A stretch of DNA of 64,000 nt from Burkholderiales bacterium (GCA_035649495.1 DASRJL010000211.1:7713-71712); one strand, 5' to 3'. Counted from the stretch's first letter, positions 53,306 through 63,467 are shown. Made by a program: numbers and translations. The notes: generated from the sequence alone by a model not told the origin.

Positions 53306-54607
53306 TCAAGGGTGGGTAGTTGAAGGCAGCACTCGCGGCTGACCCGTCGATCCCAGGTATGCACGGCGCGCGCGGTAGAGCAGAAACGCGACGATGCCGA
53401 CGTTGAGCAGGTTCCATGCCGTGCCGTTCAGGAACGCTGCGCGATAGGAGCCGGTCAGGTCGAACACAGCGCCGCACATCCAGCCGCCCAACGCCATGCC
53501 GAAAAGGCTCGCCATCAGGACGGTGCCGACGCGCGCGCCAGCCTCCCGCGGCGTGAAGTATTCGCGCACGATCAACGCGTAGGCGGGGACGATGCCGCCC
53601 TGAAACAATCCGAACATCGCGGCGACCACGTAGAGCGATTCCACGCCGTTGGCGAAGAGGAACATCAGCAAAGCGACGCCCTGCAGTATCGAGCCGAGCA
53701 TCAGGGTCTTGAGCCCGCCGATGTAATCCGAAATCCACCCCGATACGAGGCGGCTGACGATACCCGCGCCCAGCATGACTGCCAGCATCTCGGCCCCGCG
53801 CGCCGCACCGAAACCCAGATCGGTGCAATAGGCGACGATGTGCACCTGCGGCATCGACATCGCCACGCAGCACGACACGCCGGCCACGCAGAGGAGGCCT
53901 TGCAGCGCGGCAGGCGACAGCCCGAGCGGGCGCGACGGATCCGGCCCTGATCCCCGTTCGTGAGCGAGCGCCGCGCCGGACGCCGCCGACGCAGGGAGCG
54001 GCGCCGCTGCGGGCGGCCGCCGGCGGAGCACCAGCGCGAGCGGCAGCATCGCTAACAGGCAGAACACGCCCATGCCGATGTAGGTCTGGCGCCAGCCCGC
54101 GCTCTCGACGAAGTGCTGGACGACGGGCGCCCACACGGCGCCCGCGAGGTAGTTGCCGCTCATGCAGATCGCCACGGCGATGCCGCGGCGGCGGGTGAAC
54201 CACTGCGACGTGTCGGCCGCGAGCGGCGCGAAAGTCGCACCGCTTCCCAATAATCCCATCAACACGCCTTGCGCCAGGCTGAACTGCCAGAGGCTGCCGG
54301 ACGAACCGGCCGCAACAAAGCCCATGCTGAGAAACACCGAGCCGAGAATGACCGGAACCATCACGCCGAAGCGGTCCGACAGGCGGCCCATCAATATTCC
54401 GCCGAAACCGAAGCCGATCATCGAGAGCGTGTAGGGCAACGATGCATCCGCGCGCGTGACCCCGAACTCGGCCTGTATGCGCGGCAGCACGACGCTGATG
54501 GTGTAGATGCCCGAGCCACCGACGGTCATCAGGGCGAGCGACGCGCAGAGCCGCGCCCATGCGTAGGGGGATTCGATATCCCGGGATGTGGATGCCGGTG
54601 TCTGCAT
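53306..54607 (-). CDS. MFS transporter
   Basis: About 433 aa with 12 predicted hydrophobic helices and the MFS loop motif GRLSDRFG. Start at 54607 (MQTPAST) or 54649. Confidence 0.85.
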   Translation of the reverse strand: MQTPASTSRDIESPYAWARLCASLALMTVGGSGIYTISVVLPRIQAEFGVTRADASLPYTLSMIGFGFGGILMGRLSDRFGVMVPVILGSVFLSMGFVAAGSSGSLWQFSLAQGVLMGLLGSGATFAPLAADTSQWFTRRRGIAVAICMSGNYLAGAVWAPVVQHFVESAGWRQTYIGMGVFCLLAMLPLALVLRRRPPAAAPLPASAASGAALAHERGSGPDPSRPLGLSPAALQGLLCVAGVSCCVAMSMPQVHIVAYCTDLGFGAARGAEMLAVMLGAGIVSRLVSGWISDYIGGLKTLMLGSILQGVALLMFLFANGVESLYVVAAMFGLFQGGIVPAYALIVREYFTPREAGARVGTVLMASLFGMALGGWMCGAVFDLTGSYRAAFLNGTAWNLLNVGIVAFLLYRARRAYLGSTGQPRVLPSTTHP

Positions 54608-54746
54608 GATTCTCAATGATAGGCGAAAGCGCGACGCCGGCGTCCGCACAGTCCCGTGAGGGACGAGCGTCCATCTGTACCTCTCGCTGGAAACCAGGAG
54701 GTCGAAGACGCGTGGGCTGCGGAGGTGGAGCGGCGGCTCGAGGTGC

Positions 54747-56666
54747 TTAACGAATAACAGGCCTCAGCCAGCTCTTCAACGCCCCTATCCGCGAGCGGAT
54801 CCCGTCCGCCAGCGTCTCGGTGATGCTTGCCGTGGCGACCTTGTGCTGCTGCACGAGCTGCGGCGATTGCTTGAAGGACTGGTAGCGTTCCAACGCGGAC
54901 TGCACGTGCTGGGTGAGGAGCTTCATGTTCACGGGCTTGTTGAGGAAGCGGAAGATCTGCGCCTGGTTGATGAGCTCGATCACGAGCTCCGAGTCGGAAG
55001 CTTCAGTCAGCACGATCGCGAGAATTTCCGGGTGGTCCTGCTTCAGGAGCTTGAAGGTGGCGATCGCCTCGTCGCGCGCACTCTCGATGTCGGCCACGAT
55101 GAGCGCGATCTCCTGGTCCGCGAGGATCTTGAATGCTTCGTCGAGATCACCTGCATGCAGCACGGGGCAGGTTGCCGCAAACAGGTGGTGCACCGAGCGG
55201 AAGATGTCGTCCTTCGGGTCGATGACCATGGTCCCGGCGCTCATCTTGCCGGTCGTCGCCACGGGGGCCGCGGCTGCTTCCTGCAGCTCCATTGCGATGG
55301 CGACCGCGTCGCCGACGATCTTCTGGATCTCCTGGTTGTTCCAGGGCTTGGACACAAAGCGGAACACCTCGCCTTCGTTGATGGAGCCCACGATGGAGGC
55401 GAGGTCGGAGTAGCCGGTCAGCAGGATGCGCACCGTGTTGGGCGCGACCTCTTTCAGCTGGCGCAGGACCTGCACGCCGGTCATCCCCGGCATGCGCTGG
55501 TCGCTCACGACGACGTGTACGCCGAACTTCTTGATGAAATCCAGTGCCTGCGCGCCATCGGTGGCCGTGAACACGTGGTAATTCGCCCGGAAGACGGACT
55601 TCAGCGCGGTCAATATCCGCTCCTCGTCGTCGATGAATACGATGCGCGGTTTCTTGCTGGTGTCCTCCGTCGGCGCCGGCGTCGGTTGCGGCGTGGCGTC
55701 CGGCGGCGGTACCGGGCGCATCGGCGGCGCTTCGAGCGGCAAGCCGGCCAGCAACCGCGCTGCCTGGAGCAGGTTGGTGTCTATCCTCTGGGTCGTCACT
55801 TCCGACAGCGCGGCTGGCTCGGGCTCGGGCATCGTGTTGCGTATGCTCCCTTCGATGCCTTTCAGGAAAGCCTCGGAAAACTCGCTCGCGCTCTGGAAGC
55901 GCTCCGACTTTTCTTTGGCGAGCGACTTGTGCACGGCCCAGTCGAGCTGCGCCGAAATCTGGGGATTGATCATCGACGGGTTTGCCGGCCGGTCGTTCAG
56001 CACCGCGCGCATGATCTCGGGATTGCTCCCGGAAAAAGGCCGCTTCCCGACCAGGAGCTCGTAGGCGATGATGCCCACCGAGTAGATGTCGCTGCACGCG
56101 TCGATCTCGGTGCCGAGAAACTGCTCCGGCGCCATGTAGCCGGGCGAGCCCATGATCTCGCCCACCTGCGTAAGCGTCGAGGAATCGAGCCGCGCTATGC
56201 CGAAATCGCTGATCTTGATGCGCCCGTCGGCGTTTACCAGCAGGTTGGAAGGCTTGATGTCGCGGTGCACGACGCCCTGATCGTGCGCGTAGCCCAGCCC
56301 GTCGAGGAGCTGGCGGATCACTTCCCCGATCTCCTTCAGGGCGAAATGCGCCTGCTCCTGCATGTGCTGGAACAGCGACTTGCCGTTCACCAGCTCCATC
56401 ACGATGTAGGCGATGTCGGGATCCTCGCCGTAGTCGTAGATCGCGGCGATGCGCGGGTGGGTGAGCCTGCCGACTGCCTGCGCCTCGTGCCGGAAGCGCA
56501 TCAGCGCGTACTGGAGATTGATCGGGTCGAGCGTGCCCTTGTTGACGGTCTTGATCGCGACCTGGCGATGGATCGCGGGGTCGAACGCGCGGTAGACCGT
56601 GCCCATGCCGCCCTGACCGAGCACGCCCTCGACGCGGTACTTGCCGATGTATTCGGGCAGGGGCAT
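54747..56666 (-). CDS. Hanks-type Ser/Thr protein kinase fused to two C-terminal receiver (REC) domains
   Basis: aa 10-267 carry GQGGMGTVY, AIK, HRDIKPSN, DFG and SPGYMAPE. A Pro-rich linker follows. REC1 is about aa 340-458 (DD346-347, D389, K440 in SKPW). REC2 is about aa 479-595 (D526, K577 in NKPV). Confidence 0.85.
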   Translation of the reverse strand: MPLPEYIGKYRVEGVLGQGGMGTVYRAFDPAIHRQVAIKTVNKGTLDPINLQYALMRFRHEAQAVGRLTHPRIAAIYDYGEDPDIAYIVMELVNGKSLFQHMQEQAHFALKEIGEVIRQLLDGLGYAHDQGVVHRDIKPSNLLVNADGRIKISDFGIARLDSSTLTQVGEIMGSPGYMAPEQFLGTEIDACSDIYSVGIIAYELLVGKRPFSGSNPEIMRAVLNDRPANPSMINPQISAQLDWAVHKSLAKEKSERFQSASEFSEAFLKGIEGSIRNTMPEPEPAALSEVTTQRIDTNLLQAARLLAGLPLEAPPMRPVPPPDATPQPTPAPTEDTSKKPRIVFIDDEERILTALKSVFRANYHVFTATDGAQALDFIKKFGVHVVVSDQRMPGMTGVQVLRQLKEVAPNTVRILLTGYSDLASIVGSINEGEVFRFVSKPWNNQEIQKIVGDAVAIAMELQEAAAAPVATTGKMSAGTMVIDPKDDIFRSVHHLFAATCPVLHAGDLDEAFKILADQEIALIVADIESARDEAIATFKLLKQDHPEILAIVLTEASDSELVIELINQAQIFRFLNKPVNMKLLTQHVQSALERYQSFKQSPQLVQQHKVATASITETLADGIRSRIGALKSWLRPVIR

Positions 56667-56680
56667 GGCGGGAGGCGGCG

Positions 56681-58537
56681 CTAGGCCGCCAGCTCCTCGC
56701 GCGGCGGCGGATTGAGCGGGAGCACTACGCGGAACTTCGTGCCTATGCCCACGGCCGAGTCCACGGTGATGCTGCCCCCGTGCTGCGCGACGATCTTACG
56801 GGAAATCGAGAGCCCGAGGCCCGTGCCCTTGCCGGAATCCCGGGTGGTGAACAGCGGATCGAAAATCCGGGGCAGCACGTCCGGGGGTATGCCCTTGCCG
56901 TTGTCCTCGATCTCCACGGCCACGTGCGCCTCGTCCTCGCGGCGCGTGGTGAGCCTGATCGTACCCCGCTCCGATTCGATCGCCTGCGCCGCGTTGTTGA
57001 TGAGGCTCAGGAGCACCTGGTTGATCTGGGACGGGGAGCACGTGATGGTCGGGATGTCCCCGTAATCCTCCTGCACCGTGTGCCGCTTTACCTCGTGGCG
57101 GGCGATGCGCAGCGTGCTCTGCACGCCTTCGTTCAGGTTGAAGTCCGCCATCCTGCCGCGGTCGAGCCGCCCGAAGTTTCTGAGGCTGACCACGATTTCC
57201 GAGATCTGGTCGACGCCGTAGAGCCCGTCCTGCGCAAGCCTTTGCAGCTCGCCCATGACCTGGTGCTGCTCCAGCTCCGCGACGTGTGCCTGTACCACCG
57301 CCAGCTGCCGGGCGAGCGCGTCGGGCGTCTCCCTGCCCCCCTTCAACAGCGTGATGAGCTTCTCCACCTCGGCGAGCGCCAGCGAAAGACCGGGAAGCCT
57401 GCCCCGCGACGTGGAGAGGCTCCCCTTGACGTAGGCGAGCGGTGTCGCGATCTCGTGCGCGAGGCCCGCGACCATCTGTCCCAGCTCGGACATCCGCTCC
57501 GTCAGCACCAATTGCGCCTCTGACTCCTGCAACCGGCCCGCGGTTTCGGTCAACTCGCGCGTGCGCCCCGCCAGGCGCCGCTCCAGCGCTTCGTTCGCGA
57601 CGTCGAGCCGCCGGTAGCTCGCGATGAGCCGCGCGGCAAGATAGGCAACGAGCACCAGCACCGCGGCTGAGAAGTAGACGAGATAAACCCGGTAGCGTTC
57701 CCGCCAGGTGAGCACGGAATCGCGTTCCAGCGCGTAGGCGCCGGCGACGCTCGTCACCCGCGGGCCGGCGGTGATGAACGCGAGCCGGTCATGAAGCTTT
57801 TCCTCGATCGGCTTGGCGCCGAGCAGCTGTTGCACGTTGGCGTCGAGCCGCGCGAGCCCGTCGCGCACCGCGGCGGGCAGCTGGGCCGCCGCCTCCACCA
57901 GGTCCGCAGCGACCGTTTCCACGCTCTTGCGCTGGGCCTCGCCGGGCGCGTAATAGTATCTCTGCGCTTCCGCCAGCAGGAGCGTCACCGCGTTTTCGGC
58001 CGCGACCAGCCGGTCGCGGTCCCTGAAGTCCTGCCACGACCCGCGCACCAGCCCCGCGATCTCGACGTCCGCGGCGAGCACCCGCGTCAGGGCCTGCTTC
58101 GTCGCGGCGTTGGCGTTGCGGAACTTCTCGATGAGATCGGCTTTCTGGAGGAACGCGGCGGTCAGGTCGGTCATGCTGCGCTTGAGTACGGGGCTGCCGG
58201 TCTCATCCGCCGCGGCCGTCAACGCTTTGCGCAGGCGGTTCACCTGGGGGGTGTAGTCCACCGGGGCCGGCGGCGCGAAGTCGTTGCGGGTGCGCAGTAT
58301 CTCCACGTCCCAGCGCGCGTCGATCTCCTTCAGCTCGCGCATCCAGCCGAGCACCTCGCCCTGGCGCATGGTATCGGCTCCCTGCGTCCTGGCGTAGAGG
58401 ATGAGGAGGATCGCGGCGAGTGCGATGGCGGCCGCGGCGGCGAGCGTGACCGCGAGGCTGCGCGAGCCCCTCAGGCGCGCGAGGAGCCGCGACGTCACCG
58501 CCTTGGCGCGGGCGACCATGGCCGGCTCGTTCACCAA
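56681..58537 (-). CDS. sensor histidine kinase with large all-helical periplasmic domain
   Basis: Two TM helices flank an Ala/Leu/Arg-rich region of about 230 aa. Then a coiled coil, H-box AHEIATPL, N-box LINNAAQAI, and G-boxes DNGKGI and GTGLGLS. No REC or HPt domain. Start may be TTG 58537, GTG 58534 or ATG 58519. Confidence 0.88.
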   Translation of the reverse strand: MVNEPAMVARAKAVTSRLLARLRGSRSLAVTLAAAAAIALAAILLILYARTQGADTMRQGEVLGWMRELKEIDARWDVEILRTRNDFAPPAPVDYTPQVNRLRKALTAAADETGSPVLKRSMTDLTAAFLQKADLIEKFRNANAATKQALTRVLAADVEIAGLVRGSWQDFRDRDRLVAAENAVTLLLAEAQRYYYAPGEAQRKSVETVAADLVEAAAQLPAAVRDGLARLDANVQQLLGAKPIEEKLHDRLAFITAGPRVTSVAGAYALERDSVLTWRERYRVYLVYFSAAVLVLVAYLAARLIASYRRLDVANEALERRLAGRTRELTETAGRLQESEAQLVLTERMSELGQMVAGLAHEIATPLAYVKGSLSTSRGRLPGLSLALAEVEKLITLLKGGRETPDALARQLAVVQAHVAELEQHQVMGELQRLAQDGLYGVDQISEIVVSLRNFGRLDRGRMADFNLNEGVQSTLRIARHEVKRHTVQEDYGDIPTITCSPSQINQVLLSLINNAAQAIESERGTIRLTTRREDEAHVAVEIEDNGKGIPPDVLPRIFDPLFTTRDSGKGTGLGLSISRKIVAQHGGSITVDSAVGIGTKFRVVLPLNPPPREELAA

Positions 58538-59234
58538 TTATTCACCCAGGTAGGCCCGTCTGACGTCGGCGTTGGCAAGCAGGCGCGGCGCCGTATCGGC
58601 GAGCGTGATGGTCCCGCTCTCCATGACGTAGCCGCGATCGCAGGTCTCGAGCGCGAGCTTCGCGTTCTGTTCCACCAGCAGCAAGGTCACACCCTCCCGC
58701 GCAACGACGCGGATCGTTTCGAAAATCTTCTGCACCATGAGCGGCGCGAGTCCCATGCTCGGTTCGTCCAACAGCAGCAACTGCGGCCGGCTCATCAGCG
58801 CGCGCCCGATCGCGAGCATCTGCTGCTCACCGCCCGACAGCGTGCCCGCGCGCTGGCGGCGGCGTTCGGCGAGCCGGGGAAATACCGCATAGATGCGGTC
58901 GAAATCGGCGGCGACCTGAGCGCGATCGCCACGGCTGTACGCGCCCATGTGGAGGTTCTCCTCTACCGTCAGAAGCCCGAACACGCCCCGGCCTTCGGGC
59001 ACCAGCGCCAGCCCCCGGCGCACCAGCTCGAAAGCCGGGCGCCCGGTGATCTCCGTGCCATTATAGTGGATGCGGCCCGCAACTGGTTTAAGAAGCCCCA
59101 CTAAGGTCTTCAAAGTGGTGGTTTTTCCGGCTCCGTTTGTCCCGATAAGTGTCACAAGTTCACCATTTTTCACGTCGAGATCTATGCCCTTCACGGCCTT
59201 GATCCCGCCATACGAAACGGTAAGCCCCCTGACC

Positions 59235-59242
<8 letters not shown>
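58538..59242 (-). CDS. livF: branched-chain amino acid ABC transporter ATP-binding protein LivF
   Basis: 234 aa with Walker A GTNGAGKTT, signature LSGGEQQML and Walker B LLLLDEP. Confidence 0.9.
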
Positions 59243-60019
<777 letters not shown>

Positions 60020-60023
<4 letters not shown>

Positions 60024-61120
60024 CCGCCCTTTCCGGCCGCGGTGTCGGGCGAGGTCGACAGCTCCCGGCGGCGCGTCGCGGACGGCCACAGCCCCGAGGG
60101 CCGCAGCAGCATGACCAGGATCAGCGCCAACCCGAATACGAGGAGCCGCAGATCCGTCGGGTCCCGCAGCACCTTGCCGAAGAGAAGCTGCTGGAGCGGC
60201 CCCAGGTAGCGCAGCGCTTCGGGCAGCACGACCAGCAGTACCGCGCCGAGCACCACGCCGGGGATGTGACCCATGCCGCCCAGGACCACCATGCACAGGA
60301 TCATGATCGATTCGATCAGGGTAAAGCTCTCGGGGCTCACGAAACCCTGGAACCCCGCGAACAGGCCCCCCGAAACGCCGCCGAAGCTCGCGCCCATGGC
60401 GAACGCGAGGAGCTTCACGTTTCGCGTGTTGATTCCCATCGCGGCCGCCGCCACTTCGTCCTCGCGTATCGCCACCCAGGCCCGGCCAATCCGCGAATTC
60501 TCCAGGCGTATCGAGACGAACACGACCGCGAGCGTCAGCGCGAGGAACAGGTAGTAATAGTTGTATACCGGCGGAAAGCCGAGACCCAGCGCGGTGTGCG
60601 TCTGCGCGAGCGAGAAGCTCCCCAGCCGGATGGGATCGATCAGGTTGATGCCCTGCGGTCCATTGGTGATATTGACCGGCGCGTTCAGGTTCACCAGGAA
60701 GATGCGGACGATCTCCCCGAAGCCGAGCGTGACGATCGCGAGGTAGTCCCCGCGCAGCCGCAGGGTGGGCGCGCCGAGCAGCACGCCGAACACGCAGGCG
60801 ACGCCCGCGCCCAGCGGCAGCAGCAGCCAGAACGGCAGGTGCAGCCCGAACTGGGGCGAGGCGAGGAGGGCGTAGAAGTACGCCCCGACCGCGAAGAAGG
60901 CGACGTAGCCCAGATCGAGCAGGCCGGCGTAGCCCACCACGATGTTCAGGCCCAGCGCGAGCATGATGTAGAGCAGGACGAACGCCGCGATACGTACCCA
61001 CGCCCGGCCGAACGCCCAGTCGGCGAAGAACGGCAGCGCCAGCAGCAGGACCGCCAGCGCGGCGAACGCGATCCACGCGACCCTCGGGTCGCGGCGGAGT
61101 TTTCCCCACTCACCAATCAC
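60020..61120 (-). CDS. livM: branched-chain amino acid ABC transporter permease LivM
   Basis: 366 aa polytopic membrane protein of the LivM type. GTG start lies inside a heptamer array. Confidence 0.88.
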
Positions 61121-61135
61121 GAATCACCAATCACG
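61107..61135 (-). repeat. heptanucleotide tandem repeat (GTGATTS-type) at livH-livM junction
   Basis: The minus strand reads CGTGATT GGTGATT CGTGATT GGTGAGT. Occupies the 18-nt livH-livM spacer and the livM start. Confidence 0.8.
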
Positions 61136-61138
61136 CCG

Positions 61139-62068
61139 TTACGAGCGTTCGGCGACTCGTTCGCCGAGGAGGCCTGACGGGCGCAACGTCAATACCAGGA
61201 CCAGCACCAGGAAAGCGAACACGTCCTGGTAGTGGCTGCCGAAAAAACCGCCCGTCAGGTCGCCGATGTAGCCGGCGCCCATGCTCTCGATGATGCCCAG
61301 CAGCACGCCGCCCAGCACGGCGCCGGTGAGGTTGCCGATGCCGCCCAGCACGGCGGCGGTAAACGCCTTCAGCCCGAGCATGAAGCCCATGAAGTAGTGC
61401 GCGACGCCGTAGTAGGCGCTCACCATCAACCCGGCCACGGCGGCCAGCGCGGAGCCGATCACGAATGTGAGCGAGATGACCGTGTTGATGTTCACCCCCA
61501 TCAGGCCCGCCACCTCGGGATTCTGCGAAGTGGCGCGCATCGCGCGGCCGAGCCGCGTGCGATGCACCAGCACGAGCAGCCCCGCCATGATCGCGCACGA
61601 CAGGAGGACGATGAAGATCTGCAGGTCGCTCACGGTCGCCCCGGCGAAATGGCGCGGCGTGGCGGGGAGCAGTGCGGGAAACGAATGATAGTTGCGGCCC
61701 CAGATGATCATCGCCAGGTTCTGCAGCACGATCGACACGCCGATTGCCGTGATGAGCGGGGCGAGGCGCGGCGCGGCGCGCAGCGGCCGGTAGGCGACGC
61801 GCTCTATCGTATAGCCGAGAAGCATGCACACCGGCATGGCCACCAGCAGGCCCAGGGCCGCGATCGCAGGTCCGGGGAGCGCGACGCCGCTCCCGACCAG
61901 GAGCTGTATCGCAGAAAGCGCCACCAGCGCGCCGATCATGACCACCTCGCCGTGCGCGAAGTTGATGAGCCCCAGGATGCCGTAGACCATCGTGTAGCCG
62001 AGCGCCACGAGCGCATAGATCGCGCCCAGGACGAGCCCGTTGATCAGTTGCTGGATGAAGATGTCCAT
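61139..62068 (-). CDS. livH: branched-chain amino acid ABC transporter permease LivH
   Basis: Starts MDIFIQQLINGLVLGAIYALVALGYTMVYG, the canonical LivH N-terminus. Start trimmed from 62086. Confidence 0.9.
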   Translation of the reverse strand: MDIFIQQLINGLVLGAIYALVALGYTMVYGILGLINFAHGEVVMIGALVALSAIQLLVGSGVALPGPAIAALGLLVAMPVCMLLGYTIERVAYRPLRAAPRLAPLITAIGVSIVLQNLAMIIWGRNYHSFPALLPATPRHFAGATVSDLQIFIVLLSCAIMAGLLVLVHRTRLGRAMRATSQNPEVAGLMGVNINTVISLTFVIGSALAAVAGLMVSAYYGVAHYFMGFMLGLKAFTAAVLGGIGNLTGAVLGGVLLGIIESMGAGYIGDLTGGFFGSHYQDVFAFLVLVLVLTLRPSGLLGERVAERS

Positions 62069-62069
62069 C

Positions 62070-62099
62070 AAAAGCGAAAACGGCACCCGAGGGTGCCGT
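62070..62099 (-). terminator. intrinsic terminator/attenuator between livK-like gene and livH
   Basis: ACGGCACCC / GGGTGCCGT 9-bp stem with a 2-nt loop. On the minus strand it is followed by TTTTCGCTTTT. Confidence 0.7.
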
Positions 62100-62129
62100 C
62101 CGCTAATCCAGGCAGGATCATCGACGCTG

Positions 62130-63425
62130 CTATTTCTTCTCCGCGGGCGGGGCAGCAGGCGCGGGTGCGGCGGCCGGCTTGTCCGCTGTCGGGGCCGCGG
62201 GGGCCGCCGCAGGCGCGGCGGCGGCGGCGGCTGCTTCGCCTCCCACCGTCGCGAGGGATTCCCACTTTCCGCTCTTCACGACGTACAGCGTGATCGGCCC
62301 GTTCCTGAGGTCGCCTTTCTCGTCGAAGCCTATGGGTCCCGTTACGCCCTGCCGGCTCGTCTTCGCGAGTTCCGGCAGGTATTTCGCCGGATCGGTGGAA
62401 TTGGCCTTCTGCATCGCCTCGATGAGGGTCATCGTCGCATCGTAGGCGTACGGCGCATAAATCTGGATCTGGCCGTATTTGCCGGTGAACTTGTCGCTGA
62501 ATCCCTTGCTGCCCGGCATTTTCTCCAGCGGCAGCCCCGGCGAGGAGGCGATCACGCCCTCCGCCGCGGGTCCGGCGAGCTTGATGAACTCCTGGCTCTG
62601 CGCGCCGTCGCCGCCGAGGAACTTCGCCTTGACCGCGAGCGACTGCAGTTGCGCCGCCATCGGGCCTGCCTGGGCGTCCATGCCGCCGTAGAAGACGAGG
62701 TCGGGCTTCTTGCCCTTGATCCCGGTGAGAATGGCGCGGAAGTCGGTCGCCTTGTCGTTGGTGTACTCGCGCCCCACGATGGTCGCGCCGCCGGCCTTGG
62801 CCGCCTTTTCGAACTCATCGGCGAGGCCCTGGCCGTAGGCCGTGCGGTCGTCGATGATGGCGATCCGCTTGGCGCTCATCGGCCCGACCGCGTACTCGCC
62901 CAGCACCTTGCCCTGCTGGGCGTCGTTCGCCATCGTGCGGAATATCGACTTGTAGCCCTGCGCGGTGACCGCGACGGCGGTGGCGGACGGCGAGATCTGC
63001 GGAATGCCGGCATCGCTGTAGATCTTCGAGGCCGGGATGGTCGTGCCCGAGTTGAGATGTCCGATCACGCCGGCCACCTTGGCGTCGACGAGCTTCTGCG
63101 CCACCACCGTGCCGGTTTTCGGATCGGCCTGGTCGTCCTCGCTCACCAGCTCGAACTTCACCTTCGCCCCGCCGATCACGAGGCCTTTCGCATTCATCTC
63201 CTCGATCGCGAGCCGGGCGCCGTTGTCGTTGTCCTTGCCCAGGTGCGCCTGCGGACCGGTGAGCGGCGAAACCTGTCCGATCTTCACCACCACTTCGGGT
63301 GGCGGCTTGGGGGCTTCGACTTTTGCAGCGGGCGGCGGTGGCGGCGGCGGTTCCTGTCCGCAAGCAGCGATGAAAACGGCAACCGCAAGACCCAAACCGG
63401 CGTTCAGCAACCGTCTGCGGACCAT
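62130..63425 (-). CDS. branched-chain amino acid ABC transporter substrate-binding lipoprotein (LivK/LivJ-like) with Pro- and Ala/Pro-rich tails
   Basis: 431 aa with lipobox IAAC, a poly-Pro linker, a type I periplasmic binding fold, and a 37-aa C-terminal Ala/Pro-rich tail. Confidence 0.88.
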   Translation of the reverse strand: MVRRRLLNAGLGLAVAVFIAACGQEPPPPPPPAAKVEAPKPPPEVVVKIGQVSPLTGPQAHLGKDNDNGARLAIEEMNAKGLVIGGAKVKFELVSEDDQADPKTGTVVAQKLVDAKVAGVIGHLNSGTTIPASKIYSDAGIPQISPSATAVAVTAQGYKSIFRTMANDAQQGKVLGEYAVGPMSAKRIAIIDDRTAYGQGLADEFEKAAKAGGATIVGREYTNDKATDFRAILTGIKGKKPDLVFYGGMDAQAGPMAAQLQSLAVKAKFLGGDGAQSQEFIKLAGPAAEGVIASSPGLPLEKMPGSKGFSDKFTGKYGQIQIYAPYAYDATMTLIEAMQKANSTDPAKYLPELAKTSRQGVTGPIGFDEKGDLRNGPITLYVVKSGKWESLATVGGEAAAAAAAPAAAPAAPTADKPAAAPAPAAPPAEKK

Positions 63426-63467
63426 GTGTCCCCCCGGATAAATGGTTGTTGCTACTGGGAAAAGTCG

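Noticed and set aside
52149-54674. 841-aa ORF fusing the BNR propeller to an upstream region
   Set aside because: The upstream 483 codons overlap the MFS transporter gene in another frame and look like Arg/Ala/Gly noise. A strong SD plus ATG at 53225 starts the propeller. Similar 5' over-extensions were trimmed for gltD (to 10977), hemL (30326), livG (60023), pepP (41133), ubiH (42431), dusB (43873), purH (45181) and purD (46752).
54843-56684. 613-aa + strand ORF opposite the Ser/Thr kinase-REC gene, and 437-aa ORF 57791..59104 opposite the HK/livF
   Set aside because: The minus-strand frames carry complete kinase, receiver, HisKA and ABC motifs. The plus-strand frames have none and cross gene boundaries.
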